A stretch of 64,000 bases of DNA from Octopus vulgaris (GCA_951406725.2 OX597816.1:58280001-58344000); one strand, 5' to 3'; positions 24,444 through 39,920 are shown, numbered from the stretch's first letter. Translations and numbers: made by a program. The notes: generated by a model not told the origin, from the letters alone.

Positions 24444-27400
24444 AACAAGAACAAGAACAAGAACAAGAACAACAACAATAATAATAATAAACCGTTTTAT
24501 TATTGAGAAAATGTCTGAAAAACTGGGTGGAGGGCGACTAGTCGACTACATCAACCCCCTAAAAGACGAAAGGCAAAGTCAACCTCGGCAGAATTTGAAC
24601 TCAGAACATAAGGATGGATGAAATACTGCTAAGCATTTCAAATTATGCCGAGGTCGACATTACCTTTCATCCTTTCGGGGTCGATAAGTTAAGTACCAGT
24701 AGAACACTGAGGTCGATGTAATCGATTAGTCTCCTCCCCGCAAATTTCAGACCTTGTGCCACTAGAAGAAAGGATTATTATTATTATTATTATTAATGAT
24801 GATGATTGTGATAGTTTCAAATTTTGAACACAAGGCGAACAATTTTAGGGGAGGGACTAAGTCGACAGCATCCAACACCCCTTGTACTTAACTGGTATTT
24901 ATTTTACCGACCCCGAAAGCATGAAAGCGCTGCGAAGAGATGCTCATAAGCGTTTTTGTTCGGCACGGTAACTTTTCTGTCAGCTATTCCCTGAAATTCT
25001 CTGAAATCCTAGTGTAACGATGGAAAGCTCCAAACGAAATTACTATATTCCACCAAAGGAGGAAGTAAACGGGAACGTGACGAGTACCCTGTGACTTAAT
25101 GGTAGTTCCGTCCGCAATAACATCTTACATCTCCACCCTCCACCTTCTCCGAAAACGACCCCATCCATGAACAGTTGGTACTTAGCTGAAGCTTAATGAA
25201 ACTGGATACTGAGAACATTCTATGAAACCTACCCTACTTTGAAGCTAATTCTTTAGCTGCGGTAACTAATCTGTGTAGGTTACACTTGACTCCTCAGCAG
25301 CAGTAGCACCAGCCTCAGTTTTATCGACCAGCTGAAATAATATAAGAATGTTAAATAAAACAGAATCGAAAGTCGAACCACTTACAAGACCTTCAGTAAC
25401 AGATCTCTGTTGCTAGTCTATATATATGTATATAGGTAGAGTGAATGAGACAAACGGGCGCAGCGGTTTGGACGCCGATGGTTTAACACGGCTGAATGGA
25501 CGCTCAGCCTGTTTTGGCAAAAGTGGTTTTTAGCGCTAGAGAGAAAAAAACAAACAAAAACACAAACCCGCAGACACACACATATATATATATACACACA
25601 CACATACATACATACATATATATAGTTTTTAAATGACCTGCTTCGAGAAATGGTTTCGGTACGACGTGTTTATTTTAGTAGTTTTGACTTAGAGTCCCTC
25701 CTAGCGTGAGGCATCTATGTGTAATAGTGCCCTCTATATAATATAAATAAATAAATTTAAAAGAAAAAAATTGATGGGTTTTTTTCTCTTATGAGGTTTT
25801 TCACGCTAACTACTTGATAAATTCTTATGAAGATTTTATCCTATCTTTAAATTGTATATATATATATATATGTAAATGTAAAAAAATACAAACTGGGACA
25901 AGAACGTGAAACATTTAGAAGACGATACAAAAAACACGAACGGGACATTCGAAGCCTTCAATCTTCAGTCAAGAACCGGATCATCTTCGCAATTTCGGCT
26001 GATTAATCTATATATATATATATAGTGAGGGAGAGACATAATTTATTATGAACACAATTATCATAAACGATTTCCTTCTCCTCACACACATAAAGAGAAA
26101 TATGCTTACACGCATAAAGAAAAAGAGAGAGGAGGTAGAGAAACATTAAAACGTCTTATGTCAAATAGATCAGCGTTAAATGAGCGGCGCCAAAACAGCT
26201 GTGCCAAAACGTCTCAGAGCTATAGAGACATAGCCGAATGGTTAAGAAATTCGGTCTGTAATCGCAAGGTCACGATTTCGAATCCAGTGAGTGGTATTCT
26301 CTATTAATGTTACAAGGTCAGAGAAATTATGTGCAACCACCCATAGCACCAATCAGTGACCAATACGAATAGGAGGTGTTACAATATGTATGATACATCC
26401 TTGGCAAACACTGACCAACATCTTCGAACCAGCTACTGCCCTCTTCTTCAAACGTGACATCCTGATTTTCAGGTTTAGATATATCTGGTGAATAACTGCG
26501 ACAAATTTAGCCAGTTATGTCCTCTCCTAACATGACGTTCTACAACGATGACACGTTTCTAATATCAAATATGTAGTCCCTATTTTAAAACGGTAGAGAA
26601 TTCAAAAGATTTGGTTACTATGCTACAGGGTACAAGAGAAAGTAACATCCCATGATCAATACGGCTATTGGTGTGGCGCTAGTGAAGTTAGGTGGCGATA
26701 ATGTCTTCATGTCGCTAATATCTTACAATTTGTTTTTCAGTTTCAATCATGCTTCGAAGAAGCACTCACCATGTCAAAATGCATGCTAACCTGTAAAACG
26801 TAAGAGGGTCTTTGCCGCACCCTGCGCAAACTTCGAATATGGCATCTCACTATTAAAGCATTTGCCCTTTATTTAGGGAATTCTTTACAGGATTTTCTAA
26901 TCTAAAATGTCACTTTAGTATTCTGTGTAAATTGTTATAAAATGTCTGGAATTAGTTTGATTAATAATACAAGGTGCAACAGAGAAGCCTCTTGTATTTT
27001 ATTCGGCTTTTGGTTTGGCACTTGTAAAGTTAGGCAGATAGTAATGATGTCTACATGTAGCAAATGCGTCGCCGTTTTCTTCTCGGTTACCATCGTCACT
27101 TGGACAAAGCACACTGTGTATTTATTAATGAAAAGTTTATCAAGAATGCTGAATATCTGAGGTATTTTGCCGCACCATTGAATGGATGGCGTAAGTAAAT
27201 ATAAGTTTCTTAGTTGATCGGAAAAAGGGGGATAATATACGCAATTTGGGTATGTTACAGTTCCAAACTAAATTAGATTAGGTGCTGGTTTTCATGTCTC
27301 CGGAACCAGGAATGCCAGGAAGGTATAGAGGTTCGATTCCGAATCAATAGGGTCGTTCCCATTTAAATCAAATAGCGCGGCCTTTTAGACAGCTATATTC

Positions 27401-28422
27401 TAGCACAGTCCCAAGATGACTCCAAATACTTGTGAAATTAAGTGGATTTGAAACTATGTGAAAGCGCGTTCGTTCAACAGTACTTGTCTCATAAAACATG
27501 TCCCGAGCCTGAACCTCTTATTGGCCTCCAAGTACCGTTTAACACCATTAACTTAGGTATCTTTAGCTGAATCTGATTCTTTGTGATAAACGGGGTCTTA
27601 TTACACAGAATTGAAGAAGGGAAATGAAAATAATCTGCTTTAATCCATCGTATAACCTAAAGTCACGAAGATTATTGGAACGAGTTTCCAAATAATAATT
27701 ACTCACAGTATCACTTCCTACCAACAAACAAATACCACAAGTTCTTTAACTCACATAATATCAAGGTCAGTAATTCTTGCATAGGCAGCATAATTTCCCA
27801 AAACACTAGCTGTGAGGTTAAATCAGTAGCTGTGGTATCTCCATTCTGTTTTTCTCACTGACCTTCTGATGCCTTGGAAAAGGTCATGGACATTGCCAGT
27901 ACTCTTCTGATTCACCCATAAAGAATTTATACCAGTAAGACTTCCGGGTAAATCAATTAAACTGATATCTACGCTCTAACATCGACCTCAAAATGCAACC
28001 GAAATAAATTACCAAGAAAGTTTATTCCCCAACGACTTTTACAAAACTGAAGACAATGTTGAGGTGATGGACAAAATTCTTAAAGGGCTGACATCTCTAT
28101 AAAATAAAAATATAATAAAAAGTTCACAAAATAAGAACAACAACAATAAACAGCTACAACAACAATAACACGTGGTTGTCAGTGACATAGTGTCAGTATA
28201 AGGCCATTGAATAGCTGTCAGTATGGAACTGTGTATTTGTATGTGACACAAAGCGGAATCCTCACACACACACACACATATATATATAGGTATACATATG
28301 ATATGTATATCGTATCGCATAGAATTGTGTATATGCATGCATATATTATGTATCTATATATGTATACGTGTGTGTGTGTATATATATGTGTATATATGCA
28401 TATACATACATGTATGTATTAA

Positions 28423-28458
<36 letters not shown>

Positions 28459-28472
28459 ATGTATATAAGATG

Positions 28473-28510
<38 letters not shown>

Positions 28511-28614
28511 ATATATATATATATAAACACGTATTAATACGTACACAGAGACACATGCAGAATACAAGAGAACTGGAACATATTACAGTCGCTTTGTAAG
28601 CTAACAGCACCAAC

Positions 28615-28617
<3 letters not shown>

Positions 28618-28647
<30 letters not shown>

Positions 28648-28690
28648 AAGAAGAAGAAGAAGAAGAAGAAGAAGAAGAAGAAGAAGAAGA
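28618..28690. repeat. (AAG)n microsatellite
   Basis: Read directly; another at 53756-53820. Confidence 0.95.
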
Positions 28691-29415
28691 GTGAACCACA
28701 ACACCAGCCATAAGAACACTTTGGCCCACTTCATATTACCTCGTTGGCTATATTTATGGAATAACAAACACCAATGTGCGTGGAGGGGAGTGAGGGCTGT
28801 GGCGGGAGGGGCAAATGGCAGAGGATGGTGGCGGTAGCGGTGGTGGTGGTGGTGGCGAGGAACGAATGTTTAGAAACCACAGCTTTTTGAAAAGAACTGC
28901 TTTGAACGGGAGAGTAAGAAAAGAAAGAAAGAGAGAGAGAGAGAATGAGGGGGGAGAGAGAATTGGAATGGTGGTGGTAGTAGTGGAAGTAGTAGTAGTA
29001 GTAGTAGTAGCGGCTGGGTGTCGGTGGGGGTGTACTTGTGACGCCATAAGTGACAGCTTAGGGTGTGTGTTCGGGTGGGAAGCCCTGCTGGGAACAAAAT
29101 TAGCAACTATTGGACAACAATGGAATGTAAAAACCACAACAACCCACAGCCACAACCATCACCACCACCACCACCACCACCACCACCACCGTCACCACAG
29201 CTAGCATGCTAGCAAGAGGTATTATTAGGGGTGTTTGCAATACAGCGAGTCACACCCTCGCATAAGTGCGCCGAGAAGCTCGGACATATGCACTTTGAAT
29301 AACAACACATTCTGCTATTTCCTTCCAACGATATCAGGACAGAGAAACCAGAGAAGACACTGCTGGATCTTGATAAGATAAGAAGTTCTTGTACAGTAGT
29401 AGCAAGGGCTCAGAA

Positions 29416-29740
<325 letters not shown>

Positions 29741-30271
29741 TTTACGAGTCTATATTTATAAATCTTTCGCTTTCACTCTCGATATACATGATATTAATAA
29801 TAGACGCACATAATTCTTTTTTTTCCTTGTTTCATGAACGAAACTTCTATCAGTTTTCACCATCTAAAGAGGTTTCGCCTGGACATTGGACACCAGTAAT
29901 TACATCGAAGACAGGCGCTTATTCTAACGAACTTTTTTTGTGATGGGGATAAAGGCACGTGACCTAGTGGTTTGGATAATCAGCTCCCTCCCACCCGAAG
30001 ATCGTTATTCGGTTTCTGGCGGCGCGTTGTGCGAGGCACTTTAGTTCACGTTACTCCAATCCAGTCAGTTTGCAAAAATGAGTTGTACCTGTCATTCAAA
30101 GGGGGCCGCCTAGTTGGGATGCAATCATTGTCATCATCATCATTATCATCGATTTAATGTCCACTTTTTCATACTTGCATGTATAGGACGGAGTTTACTG
30201 TGGCAGATTTTCTGTGGTTGGATGCCTTTCCTTTCGCCAGCCTTCACGTGTTTCCCATGACCAGAGTGGTA

Positions 30272-30698
30272 GACAGACGAAATATCTATTTCTTTACTAC
30301 CCACAAGGGGCTAAACACAGAGGGGACAAACAAGGACAGACAAACGGATTAAGTCGATTACATCGACCCCAGTGCGTAACTGGTACTTAATTTATCGACC
30401 CCGAAAGGATGAAAGGCAAAGTCGACCTCGACGGAATTTGAACCCAGGACGTAAAGACAGACGAAATACCTATTTATTTACTACCCACAAGGGGCTAAAC
30501 ACAGAGGGGACAAACAAGGACAGACAAACGGATTAAGTCGATTACATCGACCCCAGTGCGTAACTGGCACTTAATTTGTCGACCCCGAAAGTATGAAAGG
30601 CGAAGTCGACCTCGGCGGAATTTGAACTCAGAACGTAACGGCAGACGAAATACTACGCATTTCGCCCGGCGTGCTAACGATTCTGCCAGCTCGTCGCC
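30272..30698 (-). mobile_element. SINE B dimer
   Basis: Units start at 30287 and 30471 (184-bp period); head ends ~30698. Confidence 0.85.
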
Positions 30699-30707
30699 TT
30701 CAACAAC

Positions 30708-31097
30708 CAAAGAAAAGAAATTGGAAGGGTTTCAAAATAAATGTTTACGAAAAATGTTGAAGGTCTACTGGTCGAATATGATGTCGGATAGCCAACTACA
30801 CACCAAGGCTAACATGAAACCAATAAGAGAAACTATTGAAGCAAGGAGATGGAAATAGCTGGGTCGAGTTTGTCGCTATAAACCGAACTGAATTGTTACA
30901 ATGGGATCCACAAGGTAAAAGAAGACATGGCCAACCAAAGGAAACATAGTGGAGAACAATAACAAAAGATCTTAAAAGCAGAAGGGTTAACAATGGAATA
31001 AGCTGTCAAGGATGCGTTCAGTGTTTGAAGGTGGAATGATTTTGCTGTCGCCTCAAGTGCCACAAAGCACAATGAGAACCGAATGAATGAATGAATG
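30708..31097 (+). mobile_element. RTE-type LINE ORF2 C-terminal remnant
   Basis: KLEGFQNKCLRKMLKVYW...RRWK*LGRV...WDPQGKRRHGQPKET; (GAAT)n tail. Confidence 0.8.
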
Positions 31098-31389
31098 GAT
31101 AACAGTTTTTAGTTTTGTCGTTCAGGACTAAAAAGATAAATGCAGCTGTACTATTATGGTGGTGATTGGATTTAAGTGTTGTTGGAGTAAGCTACGTTCT
31201 CCTGTCTTTGTCGAAGAATGGTTTTGACGGTTCCAGTTGGTGGCGAGTGTGCAGTGTACGGTTAGCACGAGGTGTTTAGGGATGTACGTCCGAGTACGGA
31301 AAATTAAAAGAGAATTGTGTAGGGTAGCTCCATGGTATCGTCTCGAGAGTAAGCTGGAAATAGCAGCCAGCAGACTTTTGTACGTTGCG

Positions 31390-32130
31390 ATAGAAGAAGA
31401 CAAGGAGAAAGATAATCGAACCTTGGGGGAGGATACACCCGAATAGACGGGACACGTATCAGTGATTTTTCAAGATATTTTGCAATGGCATGAAAAATGA
31501 GAACCAAATTCTGAGCCAATAGATGAGAGACAGATGTAGGCCATAAGCTAACAAATTAGCTGAGAGAGTCTCATGTCAGATACGGTTGAAGGTTTTTACT
31601 GTTGGCTTCACTAAAGATCTAAAGAGCAAGAAACTAGTGATGTTTGTCCAGCTGTGCTTGGAGTAGATCTTTTATCGAAGCAAATGCCTTCCACCCTGCC
31701 TTTACCCTGCGCAAGATTTCAGCGTCCATGTCTTGGCATATATTTACTGTCTGCCCCCAAGTACGCGTACATCTTTTTACCTCCTCAGTTTCATCACTTC
31801 CCCACCATTATTCGGCTTTGTATTACGTTTTCAAATCGTATGTTTTTTTTTGTTCGCGTGGCATATTTTGAGGCCTACAGCCAAACTCTGGGTGCCAATA
31901 TCAGCATTGTCTGCTGCTAACTTGCGATGAGCACGATGTTGCCTGCAAATCAGAAGTGTGTAAATACCATACCGTTGACAACGTGCTTCCAATCGGTGTC
32001 TCTTACGACCAGAGAGATAGTATCTCCTTGTTTGATATCCTCCCCAATTGGAAATCTTACGGCTGGAGATAGTAAAGCTATATCTGTGCCCATTCCGAAG
32101 TTATCTTGCAGAGAAGTTTGATATATCGTG
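31390..32130 (-). mobile_element. Degraded RTE-like reverse-transcriptase remnant
   Basis: Minus-strand DIKQGDTIS (QG motif), F*FAGNIVLIA (FADD motif relic) and AGWKAFASIKDLL. Confidence 0.65.
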
Positions 32131-33009
32131 CCTCAGCTCCTAATATTTCCAGAGACCATAGCACCACATTCATTATACATTCCCTTATTGATTTAATTTG
32201 GTTACCGATTTAGGTAATTGAATCAAAACCAAACACTGGTGGCTTCTAGCTGATTCGATCAACGGAACAGCCTGCCCGGGAAATTAACATGCAAATGGCT
32301 GGGTATTCCACAGACACGCGTACCCTTAACGTTGGGTACCCTTTGAATTACAGACACATCTCATTTTTGCCAGCTGAGTGGGTTGGGGCAATGTGAAATA
32401 AAGTGTCGAACTCAAACACCCAAAGCGTCCCTAGGAATGGAACTCCCTACCTTACGATTACACTTTCATCAAATTTCTTGGTGTTTGTATTGCATCATGA
32501 AATTGATACTAATTTTGATACTTAATACTAATTAATTGATACTAATTAATACTAATATTATCTTAAAATATTAGTTTTAACTTTTGGCAAAAGGCCATTG
32601 ATTTCCGGTGGCAAGTAAATCAATTACCCAGACCCCAGTATTTAACTGGTACTTATATTAATTAAACAGGGTTTCCATTTGCATAATCCTTCTGGTAATT
32701 ACCCTGTCGCTTACTTCCTCAGCTCCTCCTCTTCCTCTCTCTCCTTTGTTTCTATGATTCTTTCTCTCTCATTGTGTTCGTGTGTAGGATTCATTTACTC
32801 ATTGCCTGCCACCAAACCTTATATGTGTACTTATCTTGCACCCCCTATCCCTTTTATTACTTTCCTCCCTCTTCATACAATGTAAAGTGTGACTGGAGTA
32901 ACAGAGCAACCAACCAGCCAACCAACCGACCAACCAACATCACGACCATTATCATTATTATTATTATTATTATTATTACTATACACCGACTATAAATGAT
33001 ATCATATTA

Positions 33010-33178
33010 TCTTTTGTCTTTCACTTGTTTCAGTCATTAGACTGACCAAGCTGGAGCACTTTTCTGAAGAATTTGAGTCGAACGAATCGCCTCCTGTACG
33101 TTTGCCGAACCGCCAAGTTACAGGGACGTAAACGCACCAATACCGGTTGTCATGTTAAGGACAAACGCAGAGACAAAG

Positions 33179-33249
<71 letters not shown>

Positions 33250-33412
33250 ACAGGCTTCTTTCAGTTTCCGTCTACCAAATCCACTCACATAGCTTTGGTT
33301 GGTTCGAGGCTATAGTAGAAGACACTTTGCCCAAGGGTGCCACGCAGTGAGACTGAACCCGGAACCATGCGGTTTGGAAGCAAACTTCTTACCACACGAC
33401 CACGCCTGCGCC
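33010..33412 (-). mobile_element. SINE A
   Basis: Reverse-complement match with internal (CA)n. Confidence 0.85.
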
Positions 33413-33619
33413 TATATTAGATATCCGTGTCCGCCTGTCTTTCCTCTTCACCGCTCCGTCTATTCATATACTTGAATATGCGCGAGTATGTTTTAATAAA
33501 TACATCGAACACACACGCACAGCTATAACAGTGAAAAACAGGCATACATACTTTATTGCAAATGGCTTTTCACTCACTTCCTTTATCTCGTTCATATAAA
33601 TGCATACGCACATACATAC

Positions 33620-33670
<51 letters not shown>

Positions 33671-34657
33671 ATATATGTGTTTGGGTGTAAACATACAGAC
33701 GTATTGTCATGAACAAACATACTCTCTCTCTCTCTCTCTCTATCTATCTCTCTGTATATATTTGTATATATACACACATATATTCATGTCACACACATGT
33801 GTGTGTGTGTGTATCTGTGTGTGTGTGTGTGTGTGTGTATACGTATGTAAGCCATTACTGACGTTGATGTTAGTCTCCAGTGCTCCCAGATGGCAGCACG
33901 TGGTGGAGTCGGTTGAGATTAGTGTTATGTGAAACAGTCACATAAATCTGTAAGTTGGGGGGATGTTGGGGGAAGTAGAAGGACTGGGTTAGTAAGGAGG
34001 GAAGATAAATAAACAGACAGAGCAGAAAGACATTGTGTGCACTGTTAGCAGGCAGGGCAATGCACTGGAGATGATCGAGAGACACTTCCATATTGCCGCT
34101 GCATCGACTTAACCTAAAATAGAGGAGGCAACACCAGCGAGATATAGAGGATCTTTTAAAATATGAAGGAAGCACATGTGGGTATATCATGGTGCTAGGT
34201 TCATTAGAACTGAAATACAAACAGTCTAACCATGGAAAGAAAGCCCATGCTCCGCGAAAAGATTGCTTACTCAAAGAGTTGATTTGAGGGCGAGACAGCG
34301 TCGACAGCGAACGCCAGATAATTGTGAGGAATATCTTTCTATCTCATTTGTTAGCATAAAAGTATCTTCGCGCGGGCCTTGTAGGTTTGCAAGCTAAATG
34401 GCGACCACAATAGAGCCGGCGGCACAAAAGCGCACTTAGTCCACAATGTAAAGTGGTTGGTATTAAGAAGGGCATCCAGCCATAGCCACCGTGTCAAAGT
34501 GGGCATTGGAGCACAACGCAGTCTTCGGACCCCACTGGCCCCCGACAAACTGTTCAGCCTATACCAACATGGTTGAAGATGGACATTAATGATGATGATG
34601 ATGATGGCGATGTATATATACATATACATACATACGCACATACACACACACACACAC

Positions 34658-34695
<38 letters not shown>

Positions 34696-35089
34696 CAAAA
34701 TAATTGTATACACACACACATTTACATACGTTCATTTGTACAAATAGAAATATTTCTTATACCCTTGTATACACACAGCATGCGTGTGTATGGTGTGCGT
34801 ACGTGTATACCCCCACCCACCCTCATTCACTTACACACACACACAAAATAGTTATGTATCTAAACTTGTACAAATAAGTATGATCGCACTTGTGAATAGG
34901 CCTTGCCATTTCTATGAGAACCTAACCCGGGTACACAGATATTATATTATATACACCCGAGAGGAGCATTTGGTACGGTACACAGCTGAAATTCAATTCA
35001 ATCGGAGTGCAACTACACCCACCCGCACAGTCACCCATCCCCACCACCCTCTTACAATATTTCTCAAATCTCGACGTGTTTTTGTATGT

Positions 35090-35680
<591 letters not shown>

Positions 35681-37398
35681 CACGCACGTGTACACATGTA
35701 TACATGTATGAACATATATAGGCATGTACATACGTATAATCTTAGACGCACGCACACGCCAAAATACATAAATTCTATAAGTTATGATGACGATGGAGGG
35801 GCGGGAACCAAAAGATCTTTGGGCTGCCGTAGACGTTGCCTTTGTTGTTGTTTTTTTGTTTAAACTGCGCTCAGAATTTCGTTATCTAAAGCGTTCTTCT
35901 TCTAACACAATTAGATTGTGACTTGAACGAGATGTGACTGTTATTTCTAGCTGTCTTATTTTGCAGCATCACAACCCCTTCCATAGGCTCACACACACAC
36001 ACACACACACACACGTATATTCGTGCCCTGTTGTTGAAATACATACCACTGCCACCCATCCTCTTAGCTTATTTCTATTTTCAATTATACAAATGATCCC
36101 GGTCACGTTTTCTACCCCTCCCTAATTTTCGCCAAACTGGCCCTCGTGCCGGTGGCACGTAAAAGCACCCACTACACGCTCAGAGTGGTTGGCGTTAGGA
36201 AGAGCTGTTGAACCTCTGCCAGATCAGATTGGAGTCTGGTTCGCCAGACTTCAGTCAAATCGTCCAACCCATGCTAGCGTGGAAAGCGGACGTTAAATGA
36301 TGATGATGATGATGATTAAACGTTTCATAAAGTTGGACAATTGCTGTGACGATGACGCTTATCGAGCCAGAAACACGTAGCTAGTTGTTTTGATCCTAGA
36401 GCTTCTCATTTGGAATCGGTATCAACTTCCACCAAGCGATTGTCCTACCTTCTCTGCAAGCAGGGACAATTTTAATATCAAGAATCCATTTTGTATGGTA
36501 TTTAATATACCTTCATTCGCTTTAGTTGCTCAATTTTATGTCGCTGGCCGCTTTGAATTCTTTTTGTTTCATTGTGGTGGTTGGTAGTTTCGGATGGTGC
36601 AGAGGTAGCAGAGGAAGTGTACGTGGTTGTGGCAGCAATGCTGTGACGGTTGTTGTATGGGCGTGGTAGTAAAGGTGAAGACCTTAAAAACCCCAGTTAT
36701 AGTGCGGAGATGGTGAGGACGTAGAGACATTATTGTTGCGGTGGTGGTAGTGTGGTTATTGCCATTATGTTGGTGTTGCGGTGGTAGTGAAGTGGTAGAA
36801 TTGCGGTGACGGTAGTAGGTGATAAACCTAGGTGGAGATGATGGACACGGTGTTAGCGGTGTTATTGTTGGTGGCGGTGGTGGAGATGATGATGATGATG
36901 GTCGAGGTAGCGGTGGTTAATGGTGGTGGTAGTGGCGGTGGCGTAGACCCAAGACGTAAAGTTGTTTGACTGCTTTTTATTTATACACGTAACTTACTTT
37001 TGACTTTCATTCATTTATTTAGCCAGGGTGTTTAGCAGCGCGGGTGGATATTGTATGCGTGTATGTGTTCAGGTGTATATTTATATATATCCATTCATGT
37101 GTATGCATGTATGTATGTATGTACAACATATAATATGCGTGTGTGTGTGTGTGGATATGTAGGTGGAAGTGGGGGTGGGGTGGGCGAGGAGATGTACGCC
37201 CCACCCATCCTCTATATTCAACCAAGAGCTTCCTTTCACTTTTTAGTTTTCACTCGAAGAGATAAAAAAAAAACCCCAGAAACGAACAAGAACAACGATG
37301 GTGGGATATTTTTGAAAGTACGGCTACTTAGTGAAACAATCATACACGCCTACACACACACGTATTTATATATATAAACACACACACACATATATATA

Positions 37399-37443
<45 letters not shown>

Positions 37444-38782
37444 GTGTGCGTATAGTTATATATTTATATTTGCTCGTGCAAGTATTCAAGTGTGTTTATA
37501 TATGCACACACATGTATATGTTGGGCCAGTATTTATACACATGTGTGTGTGTGCGTGAATGTGTGTGTGAAAACGTGTGTGTGTACTTGCACACACGTAC
37601 AGACACACATTGACATATTAAAAGCAATAACTACACACACTCTTTGGCCTCAATTCTGTCTGTTTATATATTGAATGGCAATTCATCCCCCCCGCTCGCC
37701 AGCGGCAACCCTGGGAAAGTTGTGTTATCTCGGTGGAAACCTCACCCCCCCCACCTACCACCCACCTCTATAACAGGAGGATCTTCATTCACAGTCCCAG
37801 CTTTGCTTCTTTGTCATCCAGCATAGGGTACAGTAGTATGTATGTATGTTGAGCATGAAGTGTTAACTACCCGCTCCAATCACACAACACAATATTCTTG
37901 TGATTAGGTCCAAGTTAAGGTGGAATAAAAGTAGTTGGTCAGATACACCGGCGATCAGAACAACGTCATTCTAGAACATCATTCGAATGAAGACCTCCAG
38001 AAGAGAAAACAAAGTCAAGTGGACTGCAAACATTGTAGTACAGAACATTCATATCTGACATGAGAAAAGCCAAATGGGCGCAAGCGTAACTGTGTGCGAG
38101 ACGTAGTTTGTTTTGGCGTGGTTTCTACACTTGGATGTCCTTCCTAATGCCAACCACTTTACAAAGTGTAGCACATATACAGATGATTCTCGACACAAAG
38201 CAATATCAGAACTTGATCGATTAGGTCTTTGTGAATGGATGGCACTCAGCCTGATTGAAGTCAGCTCCCAGCAAGACACGTTCGCTTTTTCCCGAAACTG
38301 GAACCCAAACAACTGAAGAATGACACCTGGGCGATAAACATGGCAGCTGAAACCAGCTCATGATGGTCATGGTTGGACAAGAAGCTTCAGATAAAAGCGT
38401 TCTGTAGGCTAAGACTAATTCAGTCGTTGTTGCCCCACCCAGGCAAAGTGTAGAGGCCGAGAGGAGAGAGGCTCGTGAATCTGAGATCCTTACTGATGAT
38501 ATAGAAGGGTTTGCACAGTCCAACGGCTTTAGGCACCACCAGAAGGATTGGCTTGCAATAGTTCTTAAACAGTGGGACACAAGGTGTGACAAGGCTGTAC
38601 ATTTTATATTGTAGGTACAAATTCGCCCGACGCGCCTCCTTATAGTATCCGTCCACTCAATTTCATTCACAAAGTGTGGGCCATTTCGAGGATATAAAAA
38701 AGACAGTACCCTTAGGCACCATGAAGTAGGGTCGAATCTGGAAGGTTGTGTTAATGAAGCAAGCTCCGTTTAACCATTAAAC

Positions 38783-38943
38783 CAGCGTTTTTTAACCGGA
38801 GTTCCCCTGAACCCTAAGGTTCCGCAAAAGGCATAATATGTCGTGCATGTATAGTAATGTTACGAGCATTAGCTTATCTCACTCTTTCTCGCAGAACCCC
38901 CGGGAACCTTAGGGTCCCGGGGAACTCCGGTTGAGAAACGCTG
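38783..38943. mobile_element. hAT-type MITE
   Basis: TIRs CAGCGTTTTTTAACCGGAGTTCCCC / GGGGAACTCCGGTTGAGAAACGCTG. Confidence 0.7.
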
Positions 38944-39076
38944 GTTTAATTGTTAAACGGAGCTTGCTTCATAAACACAACTTATTGTAATATTGTAATG
39001 TAGACATCATCCTATCTAACCTATTATGTTATCAAAAATATAACCACACACACACACATATGTATATATATATATA

Positions 39077-39153
<77 letters not shown>

Positions 39154-39162
39154 CCATGATAC

Positions 39163-39335
39163 ATCGTTAGCCACTACACACATTTTTTTCTCTCCTTGTT
39201 TTTTCTGTGTCACTTTCTATAGAAGAGCGTAGGCTCGAAACGTAAAAGACTTTTTCTATACCTGAGCGTTATACTAATACATCTGTTTTGTACACCACCT
39301 GTCTTCGTCTTTTGTTTTTTTCGTAAACTCTCTCT
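39163..39335 (+). mobile_element. PLE-like terminal fragment with degenerate hammerhead (copy 2)
   Basis: CTTT-CTATAGA-A-GAGC-GTAG-GCTC-GAAA-CG-TA-AAAG at 39213-39248; flanked by (TA)n on both sides. Confidence 0.55.
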
Positions 39336-39577
39336 CTATATATATATGTATGTATGTATGTATATATATATACATGATATTTACCACATGAATTACGATG
39401 AAAAATATGAGAAAGATATGGTATGTAATTTTTTATTTTTGTGCAGGGATTCGGTGAGACATGTAATTTATTTTATGGGTTACGCAAGAACAAAAAGGTT
39501 GAGAAACACTGCATTAAATCATACTGCGCCTCTGTCTGTGTGTGCGCATGCGTGCATCTTTTATTCTTTTATCTTTT

Positions 39578-39920
39578 TCTTCTTTCAGTCATGAGACTGC
39601 GGCGATGCTGGGGCACCTCCTTGAAGAATTTTAGCCGAACAAATCGACTTCACAATTTTTGTTTTAAAGCCAAATACTTACTCTATCATCAGTCTCTTTT
39701 GTTGAACCGGGGACGCAAACACACCGATACCGGTTGTCAAGCAGTGATGGCGGACAAACACATTTACACACACACAGACGTACATACAACTGGCGTCTTT
39801 CAGCTTCCGTCAACCAAATCCCCTCATAAAAGTTTGGATGGCCCGAGATATTTGCTTAAGGTGCCACGCAATGGGACTGAACCCGGATCTATGTGGTTGG
39901 GAAGCAAATGTCTTACCTCA
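39578..39920 (-). mobile_element. SINE A, diverged, head-to-head with the 39988 copy
   Basis: Reverse-complement match to the head, CORE-like motif and tail. Confidence 0.8.

Noticed and set aside
36343-36385. GTGACGA...GAAACACGTA hammerhead-like string; also CTGATGA at ~40898 and ~14886
   Set aside because: The core is mutated or GAAA and the helices are missing.
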